Part shown: positions 1-10,257 of the stretch, one piece after another
How the letters are laid out: each line of letters starts with the position of its first letter
Numbering within the stretch: the first letter of the stretch is position 1
Source of the DNA: Candidatus Zixiibacteriota bacterium
Lineage (GTDB): Bacteria > Zixibacteria > MSB-5A5 > GN15 > JAAZOE01
Assembly: GCA_030668485.1 (NCBI GenBank)
Contig: DAOUTW010000012.1
Location: forward strand, 12,834 to 76,833
Reading direction: 5' to 3'
DNA: 64,000 nt
Translations under genes and position numbers: made by a program
Notes under the pieces: model-generated
Told to the model about the DNA's origin: nothing
The model's database searches: none
Seen by the model: only the letters and a program-made list of their open reading frames with translations

Positions 1-432
1 AATAATAATATCGGTTTGGGATTCGGCCTTGAATACCTCCTGAACACCAAGTACGGTGTGGTTCCGCTTCGGACCGGTTTCCGATACGATCAACTCCCGC
101 AGACCGGTGTAATCACTCAGACCACTTCTAATGTTGATTATGACGACGTCGGTGTCGCTCAGGAATCGGATAGCGTAACGATTACCCGGGTCGCAAGTGA
201 TCGTCAGAACACCGCCAGCTTCAGCCTTGGAACCGGAATCGGTTGGTCCCGAATCAAGCTCGATTTTGCCTATATGTTCACCACCGGCGCCAAGCTGGAA
301 TATACCGAGACCGATATAGCTTGGGGTGGGGAAGATGGCGATGGAAATCCGATCGTGAATGTTGCGAGCACAAAACGTGCTTGGGATCACAAATCTCATA
401 AGGTCCAGTTCACTTTCACGGGATTTTTCTAG
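1..432 (+). CDS. C-terminal part of outer-membrane beta-barrel protein (FadL/PorV-like), truncated by window start
   Basis: Frame is open from base 1. Amphipathic beta strands (LRTGFRYD, FSLGTGIGW, LDFAYMF) and terminal Phe. Confidence 0.6.
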   Translation, partial: NNNIGLGFGLEYLLNTKYGVVPLRTGFRYDQLPQTGVITQTTSNVDYDDVGVAQESDSVTITRVASDRQNTASFSLGTGIGWSRIKLDFAYMFTTGAKLEYTETDIAWGGEDGDGNPIVNVASTKRAWDHKSHKVQFTFTGFF

Positions 433-456
433 ACGATAATGAAAAGCTGTACAGAT

Positions 457-488
457 AAGGCGGAACTATTTTAATTCCGCCTTTTTTA
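457..488 (+). terminator. Rho-independent terminator
   Basis: aaggcggaa/ttccgcctt stem followed by a T-run, just after the stop at 432. Confidence 0.75.
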
Positions 489-547
489 ATCTGGCCGCGA
501 CGAAATATCTTCCGATACAGGTAATAACGGATAGGAGATGACAAAGC

Positions 548-1225
548 ATGAGACAGAATATAAAAATTACCAAGCGGGAAATGAAAGAGGACAAGTTTAC
601 CACTTTCATGCTGCAGGCGAAGGATTATTTCTTCGAAAACTGGATATACTTCGTCGGTGGAATCGCCGCCGTGGTTATTGTCGTCGTCGGCATTACCTTT
701 ATTAGGTCAAATCAGGGCAAGCAGCAGGAACAGGCATTAGAGATATATAACCGCGCCATGACTGAATATCGAAGCGGCAGCCATCAGTTGGCTATCGTCG
801 ATTTCAAATCCATTGTCGATGACTATGGTTCGGCCTCCTGCGCCGAAGATGCCGCCTTCAACCTGGGCAATGCCTATTTCGCCGCCAGGAATTTTACCGA
901 ATCAAAAGCAGCCTTTGAAAACTATCTGAATGATTGCTCCGGCGATCTTTATTTCGTCACCTCGGCCATGGCCGGGATTGCCTCCTCAATGGCCGGACTC
1001 GGTGATATGCAGGATGCTGCCGATAAATATCGGGAAATAGCCGAGACCTATCCCGAATTTAAACTGGCTGGTGAATATTATTACCAGGCAATGCATTATT
1101 ACATCAAAGCCGACCAGATGGAATCGGCCAGAGTTATTTTTGCCAAACTGGCCAAGGATTTCGAGGACAGTAAGCAACACCTTGATGCGTCACGGTTAGC
1201 AGCAGAATATAAAATCACGCTGTAA
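548..1225 (+). CDS. Membrane-anchored tetratricopeptide repeat protein (YfgM/BamD-like)
   Basis: GGAG RBS, single N-terminal TM helix, TPR-like helices (AAFNLGNAYF, AADKYREIAETYP). Confidence 0.75.
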   Translation: MRQNIKITKREMKEDKFTTFMLQAKDYFFENWIYFVGGIAAVVIVVVGITFIRSNQGKQQEQALEIYNRAMTEYRSGSHQLAIVDFKSIVDDYGSASCAEDAAFNLGNAYFAARNFTESKAAFENYLNDCSGDLYFVTSAMAGIASSMAGLGDMQDAADKYREIAETYPEFKLAGEYYYQAMHYYIKADQMESARVIFAKLAKDFEDSKQHLDASRLAAEYKITL

Positions 1226-1244
1226 GGCGGTTATGGGGGCACGA

Positions 1245-3383
1245 ATGCTTAAGGTCGCTTTCCTGTGGCATATGCACCAGCCTTATTACCGGGACCCGGC
1301 CACCGGAAATATGTTCCTCCCCTGGGTGCGTCTTCACAGCCTTAAAGATTATTACGATCTTCCGGCCCGGGTCGGCGAATTTGAACGTCTGAAAATGACC
1401 TTCAATCTGGTTCCCTCGCTTGTCGAGCAAATTGATCTTTACTGCCGGCAGGAAACATCGGACCGCCATCTGGACCTTACCCGCATACCGACCAGTCAAC
1501 TATCCCGCCGTGATAAAGCGGAGATTTTCAAGATTTTCTTTTCTGCCAACCCCGATACCATGATTGAGCCGTATCACTGCTATGCCCGTCTCTATAAGAA
1601 GCTCAAAGACTGCAATATGAACTCGGAAATGGCTGCCAGGACCTCTTCATCTGCCGAGATAAGGGATCTTGTGGTATGGGCCAATCTGGTCTGGATCGAT
1701 CCGATTTTCCGTCGTCAATCACCTTTCAAGGAGCTTTTCGAGAAAGGTGAGAAATTCACCGAGGAAGATAAAAACTGTCTGGTCGAGGCCCAACTCAAAA
1801 TCATGGCCAAGATCATCCCTACTTATAAGTCTTTGATGGAAGCGGGCAAGATCGAAGTCTCCTTTTCGCCGTATTTCCATCCGATTCTGCCGCTGCTATG
1901 CGATACCGATGCGGCACGTGAGACTCTGCCCGGGATATCTTTGCCGAAAAACCGTTTCTGTTTTCCGGAAGATGCCGATAAGCAGGTCGCCCTCGCCATC
2001 GAAATGTACCGCGAAAAGTTTGGGCGAGATTTGACCGGAATGTGGCCCTCGGAGGGTTCGATCTCGGAGCAGATGGCTGCTATTCTTGCCAGGCATGGTA
2101 TTCAGTGGATGGCTTCGGACGAGCAGGTATTGTATGGCTCTCTGGCCAAATCCGGCCTATCCCACGAAAAGACCTCGCCACACGCCATATATCAACATCC
2201 GACCGAAAACGGTCCGATCAATATTTTCTTCCGCGATCATGCTCTGTCGGATCGCATCGGATTCGTCTATTCAGCGTGGGATGAGGAAAAGGCCGCTGAT
2301 GATTTTGTCAATCATCTCCATCAGCTACGGCAGGCACTGGGAGGAGACAGCGATAATGCCATCGTTCCGGTTATCCTCGACGGAGAAAACTGCTGGGAAT
2401 ATTATCGCAATGATGGGGATCTCTTCTTGAATCTTCTTTTTGAAAAACTTGACCGGGATGAGCAGATTGAAACCGTAACCATGGAAGAAGCCTGCCGAAC
2501 ACTGCAGCCACGCGGGCTTACTAATATAAAGGCCGGATCATGGATCAATCATAATTTCCGGATCTGGATCGGTCATGCCGAAGACAATACTGCCTGGGAT
2601 CTTCTCTGGGAAGCCCGTCGCGCCCTGACTCAATTTAAAAGAGACAATCCCGATTTCGATCCCGGGAGGATCGCGCTGGCTGAAAAATCGCTGATGGTGG
2701 CGGAAGGTTCCGACTGGAATTGGTGGTATGGAGACGAACATCGCGGCCAGCAAAATGATGCTTTTGACCGCATCTACCGGGCTCATGTCAGTTCCGTTTA
2801 TACTGCCCTTGGCTTGAAAATTCCCAAAGCGCTTATGGCGCCGATATCATCCGGATTCCCCGAATCGTATTTAACCGAACCGGAAGGAACGGTAACGCCC
2901 ATTGTTGACGGAAAATTAACCCACTATTATGAATGGCTCGGAGCCGGGCGATTCGACTGTCTGAAGGCGGGTGGGGCTATGCACCGCGCCGGCCGGATCA
3001 TGTCAGCGATTTTTTATGTCTCCGACGATGATTATATCTATTTGCGAATAGATTTCTCGGAAAGAAGCTTTTTAGTTGACAACGGCGACAAACGGCTCAA
3101 AGTTGAAGTTCTGAACCCCGGTCGGGGAGAAATGGTCTTCGGGGCCGACGGTATCGAGTCGCTGCCTGGCTGGGCCGGAGATAAAGACAGGATTCTGTAT
3201 GGAGTCGGCGATATCGCTGAGATTGGAATCAAAAAGAAAATATTCTTTCCCGACGGACGAGGTGAGATATTTTTTAGAATTGCCGTTACCGACGGTGAAG
3301 AAGATATTGAGGTGTGGCCGCAGGGGGATCCAATCCGATTCCCGTTCTCCGGCCAGGGCGAAGAAATAGTTTGGGATCTATAG
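1245..3383 (+). CDS. Glycoside hydrolase family 57 (amylopullulanase/alpha-amylase-like)
   Basis: GH57 regions WHMHQPYY, SPYFHPILPL, GMWPSEGS, ILDGENCWEYY, AEGSDWNWW. Start 1245 (or 1233). Confidence 0.9.
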   Translation: MLKVAFLWHMHQPYYRDPATGNMFLPWVRLHSLKDYYDLPARVGEFERLKMTFNLVPSLVEQIDLYCRQETSDRHLDLTRIPTSQLSRRDKAEIFKIFFSANPDTMIEPYHCYARLYKKLKDCNMNSEMAARTSSSAEIRDLVVWANLVWIDPIFRRQSPFKELFEKGEKFTEEDKNCLVEAQLKIMAKIIPTYKSLMEAGKIEVSFSPYFHPILPLLCDTDAARETLPGISLPKNRFCFPEDADKQVALAIEMYREKFGRDLTGMWPSEGSISEQMAAILARHGIQWMASDEQVLYGSLAKSGLSHEKTSPHAIYQHPTENGPINIFFRDHALSDRIGFVYSAWDEEKAADDFVNHLHQLRQALGGDSDNAIVPVILDGENCWEYYRNDGDLFLNLLFEKLDRDEQIETVTMEEACRTLQPRGLTNIKAGSWINHNFRIWIGHAEDNTAWDLLWEARRALTQFKRDNPDFDPGRIALAEKSLMVAEGSDWNWWYGDEHRGQQNDAFDRIYRAHVSSVYTALGLKIPKALMAPISSGFPESYLTEPEGTVTPIVDGKLTHYYEWLGAGRFDCLKAGGAMHRAGRIMSAIFYVSDDDYIYLRIDFSERSFLVDNGDKRLKVEVLNPGRGEMVFGADGIESLPGWAGDKDRILYGVGDIAEIGIKKKIFFPDGRGEIFFRIAVTDGEEDIEVWPQGDPIRFPFSGQGEEIVWDL

Positions 3384-3396
3384 ATCCGGAGGGCTT

Positions 3397-3792
3397 ATGT
3401 CTGATTCGTTTTTTGACCATAATCAATCCGAGGGTGATCTGTCCGGGAAGGGTGAAATTCCCAATCTGGATGGTGAGGATACAGCCGGGCACCCGTCCGA
3501 AGAACGCCGGATGGCGGCGGTGATGGCTTATATACCATTTCTGTGCTTTGTTCCCCTGATTAAAATGCGCGATGATCCGTATGCCTATTTTCATGGTCGG
3601 CAGGGGATTGTCCTGTTTTTCCTGGAGATAATCGCCGTTCTCTTTATGATCCCCCGGCTCAGTGCGCTATTTTGGACGGTGGTAATAATTGCCTGTATTG
3701 GAGCCGCTGTGGCCGGTATTATTTTTTCTTTCCAGGGCAAGAAATATAAACTGCCGATCATAGGTGATCTTGCCGACAAATTAAAAATGTAG
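3397..3792 (+). CDS. DUF4870/Tic20-like small membrane protein
   Basis: AYIPFLCFVPL...FHGRQGIVLF...GKKYKLPIIG pattern, three TM segments. Confidence 0.7.
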   Translation: MSDSFFDHNQSEGDLSGKGEIPNLDGEDTAGHPSEERRMAAVMAYIPFLCFVPLIKMRDDPYAYFHGRQGIVLFFLEIIAVLFMIPRLSALFWTVVIIACIGAAVAGIIFSFQGKKYKLPIIGDLADKLKM

Positions 3793-3800
3793 GATTCTTT

Positions 3801-4631
3801 GTGCGCTGTTATTATATCAATCGGATAATGGTTGCAACTCTGCTGGCTGCGATGCTGCTGGTTGTATCATGCGCCACCACCGGTCCGGGTGGCAAAAAAT
3901 CATTCATTATGATCTCCACCGATCAGGAAGTTTCCATCGGGCGGCAGATGGATCAGCAATTGCGCAAAACCGAAAAAATTCTCAACGATCCTCTCTGGCA
4001 GAATTATATCAATGAATTGGGACAAAAAATAGTCGCCGTTTCCGATCGCCGTGACCTTCAATTTCAATTTGCGGTGATCGAATCGGATCAGATAAATGCC
4101 TTTGCCGCTCCCGGTGGTTATGTCTATTTCTACACCGGGTTAATAAACGAAATGAACCAGGAATCTGAACTGGTGGCAGTTATGGCGCATGAGATCAGTC
4201 ATGTCGTTGCCCGCCACAGCATCAAACGATTGCAATCAATCATGGGCATCTCCATCGTGCTGGATCTGGCTCTGGGCGGAAGTTCCGACAACACCAAAGC
4301 CCTGGCCGGGACGGCGCTGGGGATTGCGATGTCGGGATATTCTCGAGCCAATGAAACCGAAGCCGACAATTATGGGACTTTATACATGACCCGAGCCGGA
4401 TGGCATCCGCAGGGGATGGTTGCGATGTTCGGAAGGCTCCAGGAATTATCCGGTCATCGCCAGATGGATCTCTTTGAGATGCTTGCCTCGACGCATCCCG
4501 CAACCGAAAACAGAATCGCGGCAACCAAAATTCAGATCTTCGAAATGGGCAATCTCGGTACAAAGTTAAAAAAAGATACGCCCCGATTCCAAGAATTGAA
4601 AAAACGCCTGCCCCACAAGCCCGGTGGCTGA
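3801..4631 (+). CDS. M48 family zinc metalloprotease lipoprotein
   Basis: Lipobox VVSC, INAFAAPGG, HEISH, YSRANETEAD, STHP. Confidence 0.9.
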   Translation: MRCYYINRIMVATLLAAMLLVVSCATTGPGGKKSFIMISTDQEVSIGRQMDQQLRKTEKILNDPLWQNYINELGQKIVAVSDRRDLQFQFAVIESDQINAFAAPGGYVYFYTGLINEMNQESELVAVMAHEISHVVARHSIKRLQSIMGISIVLDLALGGSSDNTKALAGTALGIAMSGYSRANETEADNYGTLYMTRAGWHPQGMVAMFGRLQELSGHRQMDLFEMLASTHPATENRIAATKIQIFEMGNLGTKLKKDTPRFQELKKRLPHKPGG

Positions 4632-4763
4632 ACCGATTGATTCACAACGGAATACGGTAGCGCCTCGATCTATTGCCACTTGATTTAGTCTTCTATTCAC
4701 CTAAGTACCGTACATGTGGGCAATTATCCATATTATTTTTTTTACCTCTTTGCATTTATTTAA

Positions 4764-4793
4764 TTGACAATCAGTTATAAACATGTGTACAAT
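4764..4793 (+). promoter_or_regulatory. Putative sigma-70 promoter
   Basis: TTGACA-N18-TACAAT with an extended -10 TG. Confidence 0.45.
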
Positions 4794-4821
4794 AAATAAT
4801 AGTTGGCTTAGACCTGTAAAT

Positions 4822-4838
4822 AGTTCACGTTTTGAACA
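4822..4838. promoter_or_regulatory. Putative PrsR enhancer box
   Basis: AGTTCACGTTTTGAACA, 15/17 identical to the TGTTCATGTTTTGAACA boxes upstream of the PEP-CTERM genes. Confidence 0.5.
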
Positions 4839-5143
4839 GCCCAATAGAGGGCAATTATTTCATGGTTAGATCAATCGGAGGAAACGGTCCGAGATTGAAC
4901 AATACTTCATAAGTCATAAATTAATAATGACTTAAAAGCTTTGTGGGCCTTTTTTACGTTCTGGTGATCTGCTGTTGAACAGCAAATTTTGACAGTATTA
5001 CTTAGTAGTTGGTTAGCGAGTATGATTAGAGGGCTTTGGATGCCCCCGGCGTTCTTTTATAATCGGCTGGGGTTCAATGTGGTACGTCGACGAACAAGTA
5101 CTGACCCAAACATTTGCTCCATTTCATCGGGGATAGACAGGGG

Positions 5144-5159
5144 TGGCATACCTGTTGCA
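5144..5159 (+). promoter_or_regulatory. Sigma-54 (-24/-12) promoter
   Basis: TGGCATA-CCTG-TTGCA fits TGGCACG-N4-TTGCW, about 35 nt before the start codon. Confidence 0.7.
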
Positions 5160-5192
5160 ATTACCCGATATATAATGAAATGGAGTAGGTGA

Positions 5193-6122
5193 ATGATGAA
5201 GACAATCAAAATTATTATCGCGATCTGGGTTTTTGCTGCATTTATCGCCGGTGTGTTTGGAGACATAACCGTTGCCGGTGAGCTTGGTTCGACTACTGCC
5301 GGTTTTCTAAATATCGGTGTTGGGGCTAGGGCTTTGGGAATGGGAGGCGCCTTTACTTCGGTGGCCGACAATTCCTCGGCTGTATACTGGAATGCCGCCG
5401 GTCTCCGCCGTCTGGAAAATTCTCAGGCGGAATTTTCTCATCAAAGCTGGTACCAGGATGTAACCATCGAAAACCTGCTAATTGCCTTTCCGGGACGAAA
5501 AGTGTCTTTTGGTGCCGGTCTGACTTATCTAAATTTCGGTCAGATTCAATCGTTCGACGCCGCAGGCAATCCGGGGGAAGAGCTGTCGATGTACAACTTG
5601 GCCTTTAGCGTCAGTGCGGCTACCGATATCGCGGAAAACGTTTCGGTCGGCGCCACGATAAAGTATATTGAGCAATCGTTTGATATTGTTAAGGGTACCG
5701 CCTTCGCCGGCGATATCGGAGTGATGGCCAATCATAGCGGAGTCTCCCTCGGTCTTGCTGCAGTTAATTTTGGAACCAAGATGACTTATATCTCCGAAAA
5801 AGAAAATTTGCCCGCTGCAATCAGATTTGGACTGTCCTTCCGCCAGTTCGACAACAAGGCGCTCTTTTCCTTCGATGCATACTCTCCCTTTGAAGGCCAG
5901 CTATCTTTGCGCCAGGGGCTGGAAATGAATCTTTACGACCAGTTGTATGCCCGTTCAGGGCTTATCTACCAAACTGAAACCGTTTCCAATGCCGATGCCT
6001 TGAGCTACAATTTGGGGCTTGGTCTCGGTTACGGTGCCGGTAAATTCGACTATACCTTTATCCCATCTGATGATTATGGAACGGATGCCGTTCATAATTT
6101 CTCTATAAGCTTCTCCTGGTAA
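5193..6122 (+). CDS. PorV/PorQ (UPF0164)-like outer membrane barrel protein
   Basis: Signal peptide, FLNIGVGARALGMGGAF...AVYWNAAGL signature, aromatic C-terminus. Confidence 0.8.
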   Translation: MMKTIKIIIAIWVFAAFIAGVFGDITVAGELGSTTAGFLNIGVGARALGMGGAFTSVADNSSAVYWNAAGLRRLENSQAEFSHQSWYQDVTIENLLIAFPGRKVSFGAGLTYLNFGQIQSFDAAGNPGEELSMYNLAFSVSAATDIAENVSVGATIKYIEQSFDIVKGTAFAGDIGVMANHSGVSLGLAAVNFGTKMTYISEKENLPAAIRFGLSFRQFDNKALFSFDAYSPFEGQLSLRQGLEMNLYDQLYARSGLIYQTETVSNADALSYNLGLGLGYGAGKFDYTFIPSDDYGTDAVHNFSISFSW

Positions 6123-6161
6123 ATATCTTAGACTCATTTGGGCGTGAATCGGGAACAAAAT

Positions 6162-6197
6162 AAAATGACCGCTATTCTCCGGAATAGCGGTCATTTT
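6162..6197. terminator. 16-bp perfect inverted repeat, probable terminator
   Basis: aaaatgaccgctattc / gaatagcggtcatttt. Confidence 0.65.
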
Positions 6198-6425
6198 CAT
6201 GCAAATTGATGCACCTTTGCATGGAAGATTTGCATCCAATTGCATCTTATATGACTCCACATTCAGCAATCGGCCCAAACAGAATCAACAAGAAAATAAT
6301 AATAAATTAATAGCGATCTAAATAGTCCACAAACCACTCTGTAATGCATTGTATTGCAATATATTAAGATATGGTTGTTTTGGCTGTTTTTCGAAACTGC
6401 TTTATTGTCCAATTTCCGATCATCT

Positions 6426-6441
6426 TGGCAATCGATTTGCT
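6426..6441 (+). promoter_or_regulatory. Sigma-54 promoter
   Basis: TGGCAAT-CGAT-TTGCT upstream of the sugar transferase. Confidence 0.6.
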
Positions 6442-6513
6442 AAAATCAGGCTAATAACTACAAGGTAAATAGAATCTTAAACTCTCAATACCCATAATAT
6501 AGGGGTGTGTTAA

Positions 6514-7410
6514 ATGCATAACCTGGTAGGTGTACAGGGAAGACGCGAGATAGCGATAGGGAGCCGGTCGTCGCAAAACACCTTTGGGATACGTGGGTTA
6601 AGTGGCGAGCATCATCGGAACCTCGGGTTCAGGGTAAAGTATTTCCTGGCCGAACATATCTGGGCCAATTTAATGCTCGCTTTCGCGATTATATTCAATT
6701 CCACCGCTTCCGCCAAGCAAACTCATAGCGTCTATCGACAGTTTGGCTTTGTTTTCAAGCGCTCGCTCGATATTGTTGGGTCTCTCGTCGGCCTGATTTT
6801 GTCCGCCCCGTTTTTCATTATGTTGCCGATTTTGATTAAGCTCGATTCTCCAGGACCTGTCTTTTACAAACAGGCACGCGTCGGTCACAATCGTCGTCGG
6901 GGATCTCGCAGAACTGATAATGGATCCGACCTCGGACGTACGGCTCGTGATCGCCGTCGGCGGGACCTGAGGGGCTGTCCCTTTAGCGTTATCAAATTCC
7001 GTACTATGGTGGCTGATGCCGAGAGAAAATGCGGACCGGTATGGGCGACCAGGAATGATCCCAGGATAACCCGTTTGGGACACATCCTGCGCAAAACCCG
7101 TCTTGATGAAATCCCTCAATTCATCAATGTTTTGATGGGGCAAATGTCGCTGGTCGGACCTCGTCCGGAACGTCCGGTATTCGTCGAGGAACTGTCATCT
7201 CAAGTGGAAAATTACCAGAAGCGTCTTGACGTCAAACCGGGATTGACCGGACTTGCTCAGATTGAAAATGGATATGATTCCTCAATAGCTTCGGTCGTCA
7301 AAAAGGTACATTACGATCTTCAGTACATTCAAAACTGGAGTGTCTGGCAGGATGTCAAGATCCTGATGCGTACCGTGCTGGTGGTAATTACGGGCAGAGG
7401 CGCCTTCTAA
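6514..7410 (+). CDS. Polyprenyl-phosphate sugar (priming) transferase, Bac_transf family
   Basis: KRSLDIVGS, SPGPVFYKQ, IKFRTM, RLDEIPQF, MSLVGPRPERP, KPGLTGLAQ. Confidence 0.9.
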   Translation: MHNLVGVQGRREIAIGSRSSQNTFGIRGLSGEHHRNLGFRVKYFLAEHIWANLMLAFAIIFNSTASAKQTHSVYRQFGFVFKRSLDIVGSLVGLILSAPFFIMLPILIKLDSPGPVFYKQARVGHNRRRGSRRTDNGSDLGRTARDRRRRDLRGCPFSVIKFRTMVADAERKCGPVWATRNDPRITRLGHILRKTRLDEIPQFINVLMGQMSLVGPRPERPVFVEELSSQVENYQKRLDVKPGLTGLAQIENGYDSSIASVVKKVHYDLQYIQNWSVWQDVKILMRTVLVVITGRGAF

Positions 7411-7552
7411 AAGCGATGTTATTCCCTCATAATCGGGGGAAGACCTCTTTTAAGGGGCAGGTTTTAATTACAGTTGTTTGTGTAGTTTTTATTGCCAACT
7501 TATCAAGGAAATCATATATTCTCCCGAAATTAAGCAAAAAGGGACTTTGCTT

Positions 7553-8287
7553 ATGAATATGGCCACAAAAAGGACTTTGACGGCCCTCATCGTCTGTTGT
7601 CTAATCACCTTGTCACAGAATGCCGTTTCGCAGGAATCGGGAAACGTTCTGATCAATACCGATCCGCAGGGAGCGCTGGTTAAACTCTCCGGCGAATTAA
7701 CTCTGTCCGGTGTTACCCCCGTGAAATTCGATCGCGCCTTGTCCGGACAATATCAGGTCGACGTGATCCGGAATGGGTATGAAAATTATCAGAGTACAAA
7801 TTACTTTTCCGAAACACAAGAGTCTCAACTCAGTATCCAGTTGATTCCCAAGACAAGAAACAAGGCGTTTTTCAGATCGGTGATAATTCCAGGGTGGGGA
7901 CAGAGGTACTACGGAAATAAAACCAAATCGGCTCTGTTTGCCGTTGGTACCATCGCTTCGGTCATCGGGTATGTTTTTGTGAAAGATGATTACAATTCCA
8001 AGGCAGATGAATACCATGTGAAAAAAGCGGCTTATGAAAGCGCCACCCTTTACAGCGATCTGCGACCATTGGAATTGGAATTACGAGATGCCCAGGAAAA
8101 AGCAAATGACGCCGAAAACAAAGTTAATATCATGACTGCTGTGGCGGCCAGTATTTACTTGTTCAACCTGCTCGATTCGTTCTTGTTCTTCCCCGATTTT
8201 GATCGGTATACCGAGTACAAGGCGATAACTGCGGCACCGGAAATTGACGCCGATAAAGCAGGGATCAAGCTGTCGGTGAACTTTTGA
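7553..8287 (+). CDS. Secreted PEGA-domain protein with DUF5683-like C-terminus
   Basis: Signal peptide, INTDPQGALV...GVTPV...GQYQVDV PEGA pattern, RSVIIPGWGQRY motif. Confidence 0.7.
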   Translation: MNMATKRTLTALIVCCLITLSQNAVSQESGNVLINTDPQGALVKLSGELTLSGVTPVKFDRALSGQYQVDVIRNGYENYQSTNYFSETQESQLSIQLIPKTRNKAFFRSVIIPGWGQRYYGNKTKSALFAVGTIASVIGYVFVKDDYNSKADEYHVKKAAYESATLYSDLRPLELELRDAQEKANDAENKVNIMTAVAASIYLFNLLDSFLFFPDFDRYTEYKAITAAPEIDADKAGIKLSVNF

Positions 8288-8295
8288 GGATGGTT

Positions 8296-10218
8296 ATGGG
8301 AAAAAAGCTAATTGCCGTTTTATTGCTGCTGGTTATGATTCTTGTCGGCTGCAGCAATGAAATCGAAGCCCCCAGCGGAGTCTCGAATCTTCCGCCCAAA
8401 CCGGAAACGCCCTGGGGATTAACTGCCTCGCTCGGGAATGGTCAAGTTCAGTTGAGTTGGGCGGTCAACCATCCGGAGAACAACAAATGGTATGTCATCT
8501 ATTACTCCGACTCGGCGGCTGAAGATATGCTGGTTTTTGATACCGTCTCGGAGCAGACCGGAGTTGTGGAAGAACTGGTTAACGGACGCCGTTATTATTT
8601 CCGTGTCTCCGCTGTTGACTTATCCGGTATCGAGGGAGATCAATCGACACCAGTGGTGGTTACTCCGGGAATATTCTCGATCTCCATCGCCGGCGGCAAA
8701 CAGTACACCAATAAGCGATCGACTACTATAGGGCTGACGGCGCCTCAGGGCACCAATCTGGTACAGCTTTCCGAAGACACGCTTTTTGCCGGGGCGCATT
8801 GGGAGACATTCAGCGTTAGCAAAAATTTCGAGCTCTCAGACGGTGATGAAACCAAAACTGTCTATGCCCAATTTGAACTTGAAGCCGGCGGAACTTCCGT
8901 AGAAGTCATCTCCGATAGTATCACTCTTGACCGCAAGGCGGTCATAGATAGTGTCTTTATCTTCCTTGATGACGTCGAAATTACCTCCGCCACTCTTCTT
9001 GCGGGTGGTGATATCCTCAGGTTTGAGGTTTATGTCTCGGAAGAAAGTAATCAGGCTTTGATCGATATTGAAGGCCTCGAGGTGGTCACTTTGAATGATT
9101 TTGGAATCGGTGGGGACATCGGTTTGGTGCCTGATAGTATTTACGGGGCGGAATATATTATTCCTGAGGGAACGGAACTTAGCGAAGCAGGGGTTATGGC
9201 TCGATTCACCGATGCCGCCGGAAACATTGCACCCGATCTGATATCCGATGTCCGCCTCAATGTCACCTCGGCACCGCCTGCGGTTATGATCTGGGGCTTT
9301 GCCGTTTCCTCGGATGAGATACAGCTTCTCTGGAATCAGTCTCAAATAAATGATTTCTCTCGTTATCGCCTGTTCAAAGCGGATGTGGATTCTATTATAA
9401 ATGATATCATTTTCTATTCTGATTCGATATTGGTGACCCAGATTGTCAATGCCGCCGAAATTCGCTATCTGCATGGCGGCCTTGAAGAGACATCAAGATA
9501 TGCATATTGGATTTATGTTGACGATACCCATGGAAATTCGGCACGATCCGAAACTACGGTTCTGGAAACAATCGAAAATGCCCCGCCAGCGGCGGTGACG
9601 ATCTGGGGCTTTGCCATTTCCTCCGATCAGATACAGCTTCTCTGGAATCAGTCGCAAATAAATGATTTTTCTCGTTATCGCCTGTTCCGAGCGACTTGGG
9701 ATACCGTTCTTACCGATACCATCTATAATGATGATTCGATCTTGGTGGCCCAGATTGTCAGAGCCGACGAAACCCGCTATCTTCAGGGTAGCCTGGAGGA
9801 GGCATCGAGATACGCATATTGGATCTATGTTGACGATACCCATGGAAATTCGGCACGATCCGAAACAGCGTATCTGGAAACGATCAAAAACACCCCCCCG
9901 GATACGTTGTCGATAATAACCCTCCTGACCGGCGACTCTTTGACTGTTGAGGTTAATTGGACACAAATAACTCAGGCCGAAGATTTTCAGGCATATTATA
10001 TATTCAGAAATAATGACACTCTTCCATCTTTCGATAGTACCGATCACACCTCTTACCCGGAAGATTTCCTGATCGAGTTAATCGGAGACCCGCAAACGAA
10101 ATCGTATAGAGATATAAACGTGCCTGATACCGGAACCTATTATTATCAGGTATATGTCGTTGATCGTCAGGGGATGGTAAGCCGATCAAACCAGGATTCG
10201 ATAAACGTGCCCTGGTAA
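8296..10218 (+). CDS. Fibronectin type III repeat lipoprotein
   Basis: Lipobox ILVGC, several FN3 modules (VQLSW...YYFRVSAVD; YYYQVYVVD). Confidence 0.8.
   Translation: MGKKLIAVLLLLVMILVGCSNEIEAPSGVSNLPPKPETPWGLTASLGNGQVQLSWAVNHPENNKWYVIYYSDSAAEDMLVFDTVSEQTGVVEELVNGRRYYFRVSAVDLSGIEGDQSTPVVVTPGIFSISIAGGKQYTNKRSTTIGLTAPQGTNLVQLSEDTLFAGAHWETFSVSKNFELSDGDETKTVYAQFELEAGGTSVEVISDSITLDRKAVIDSVFIFLDDVEITSATLLAGGDILRFEVYVSEESNQALIDIEGLEVVTLNDFGIGGDIGLVPDSIYGAEYIIPEGTELSEAGVMARFTDAAGNIAPDLISDVRLNVTSAPPAVMIWGFAVSSDEIQLLWNQSQINDFSRYRLFKADVDSIINDIIFYSDSILVTQIVNAAEIRYLHGGLEETSRYAYWIYVDDTHGNSARSETTVLETIENAPPAAVTIWGFAISSDQIQLLWNQSQINDFSRYRLFRATWDTVLTDTIYNDDSILVAQIVRADETRYLQGSLEEASRYAYWIYVDDTHGNSARSETAYLETIKNTPPDTLSIITLLTGDSLTVEVNWTQITQAEDFQAYYIFRNNDTLPSFDSTDHTSYPEDFLIELIGDPQTKSYRDINVPDTGTYYYQVYVVDRQGMVSRSNQDSINVPW
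9280..9900 (+). repeat. Intragenic tandem duplication of one FN3 module (312-bp period)
   Basis: atctggggctttgcc at 9289 and 9601. IWGFA..SD.IQLLWNQSQINDFSRYRLF and SRYAYWIYVDDTHGNSARSET occur twice. Confidence 0.9.
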
Positions 10219-10257
10219 GTGTGAAGCGGTGGAAAGACTAAGGAAAAGAGGATAGCA

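Noticed and set aside
3397-3792. Magnetosome MamF/MmsF call
   Set aside because: The DUF4870/Tic20-like family is widespread and no other mam genes are present.
6199-6246. Five closely spaced TGCA motifs
   Set aside because: Spacing is irregular and the motif too short to support an operator call.
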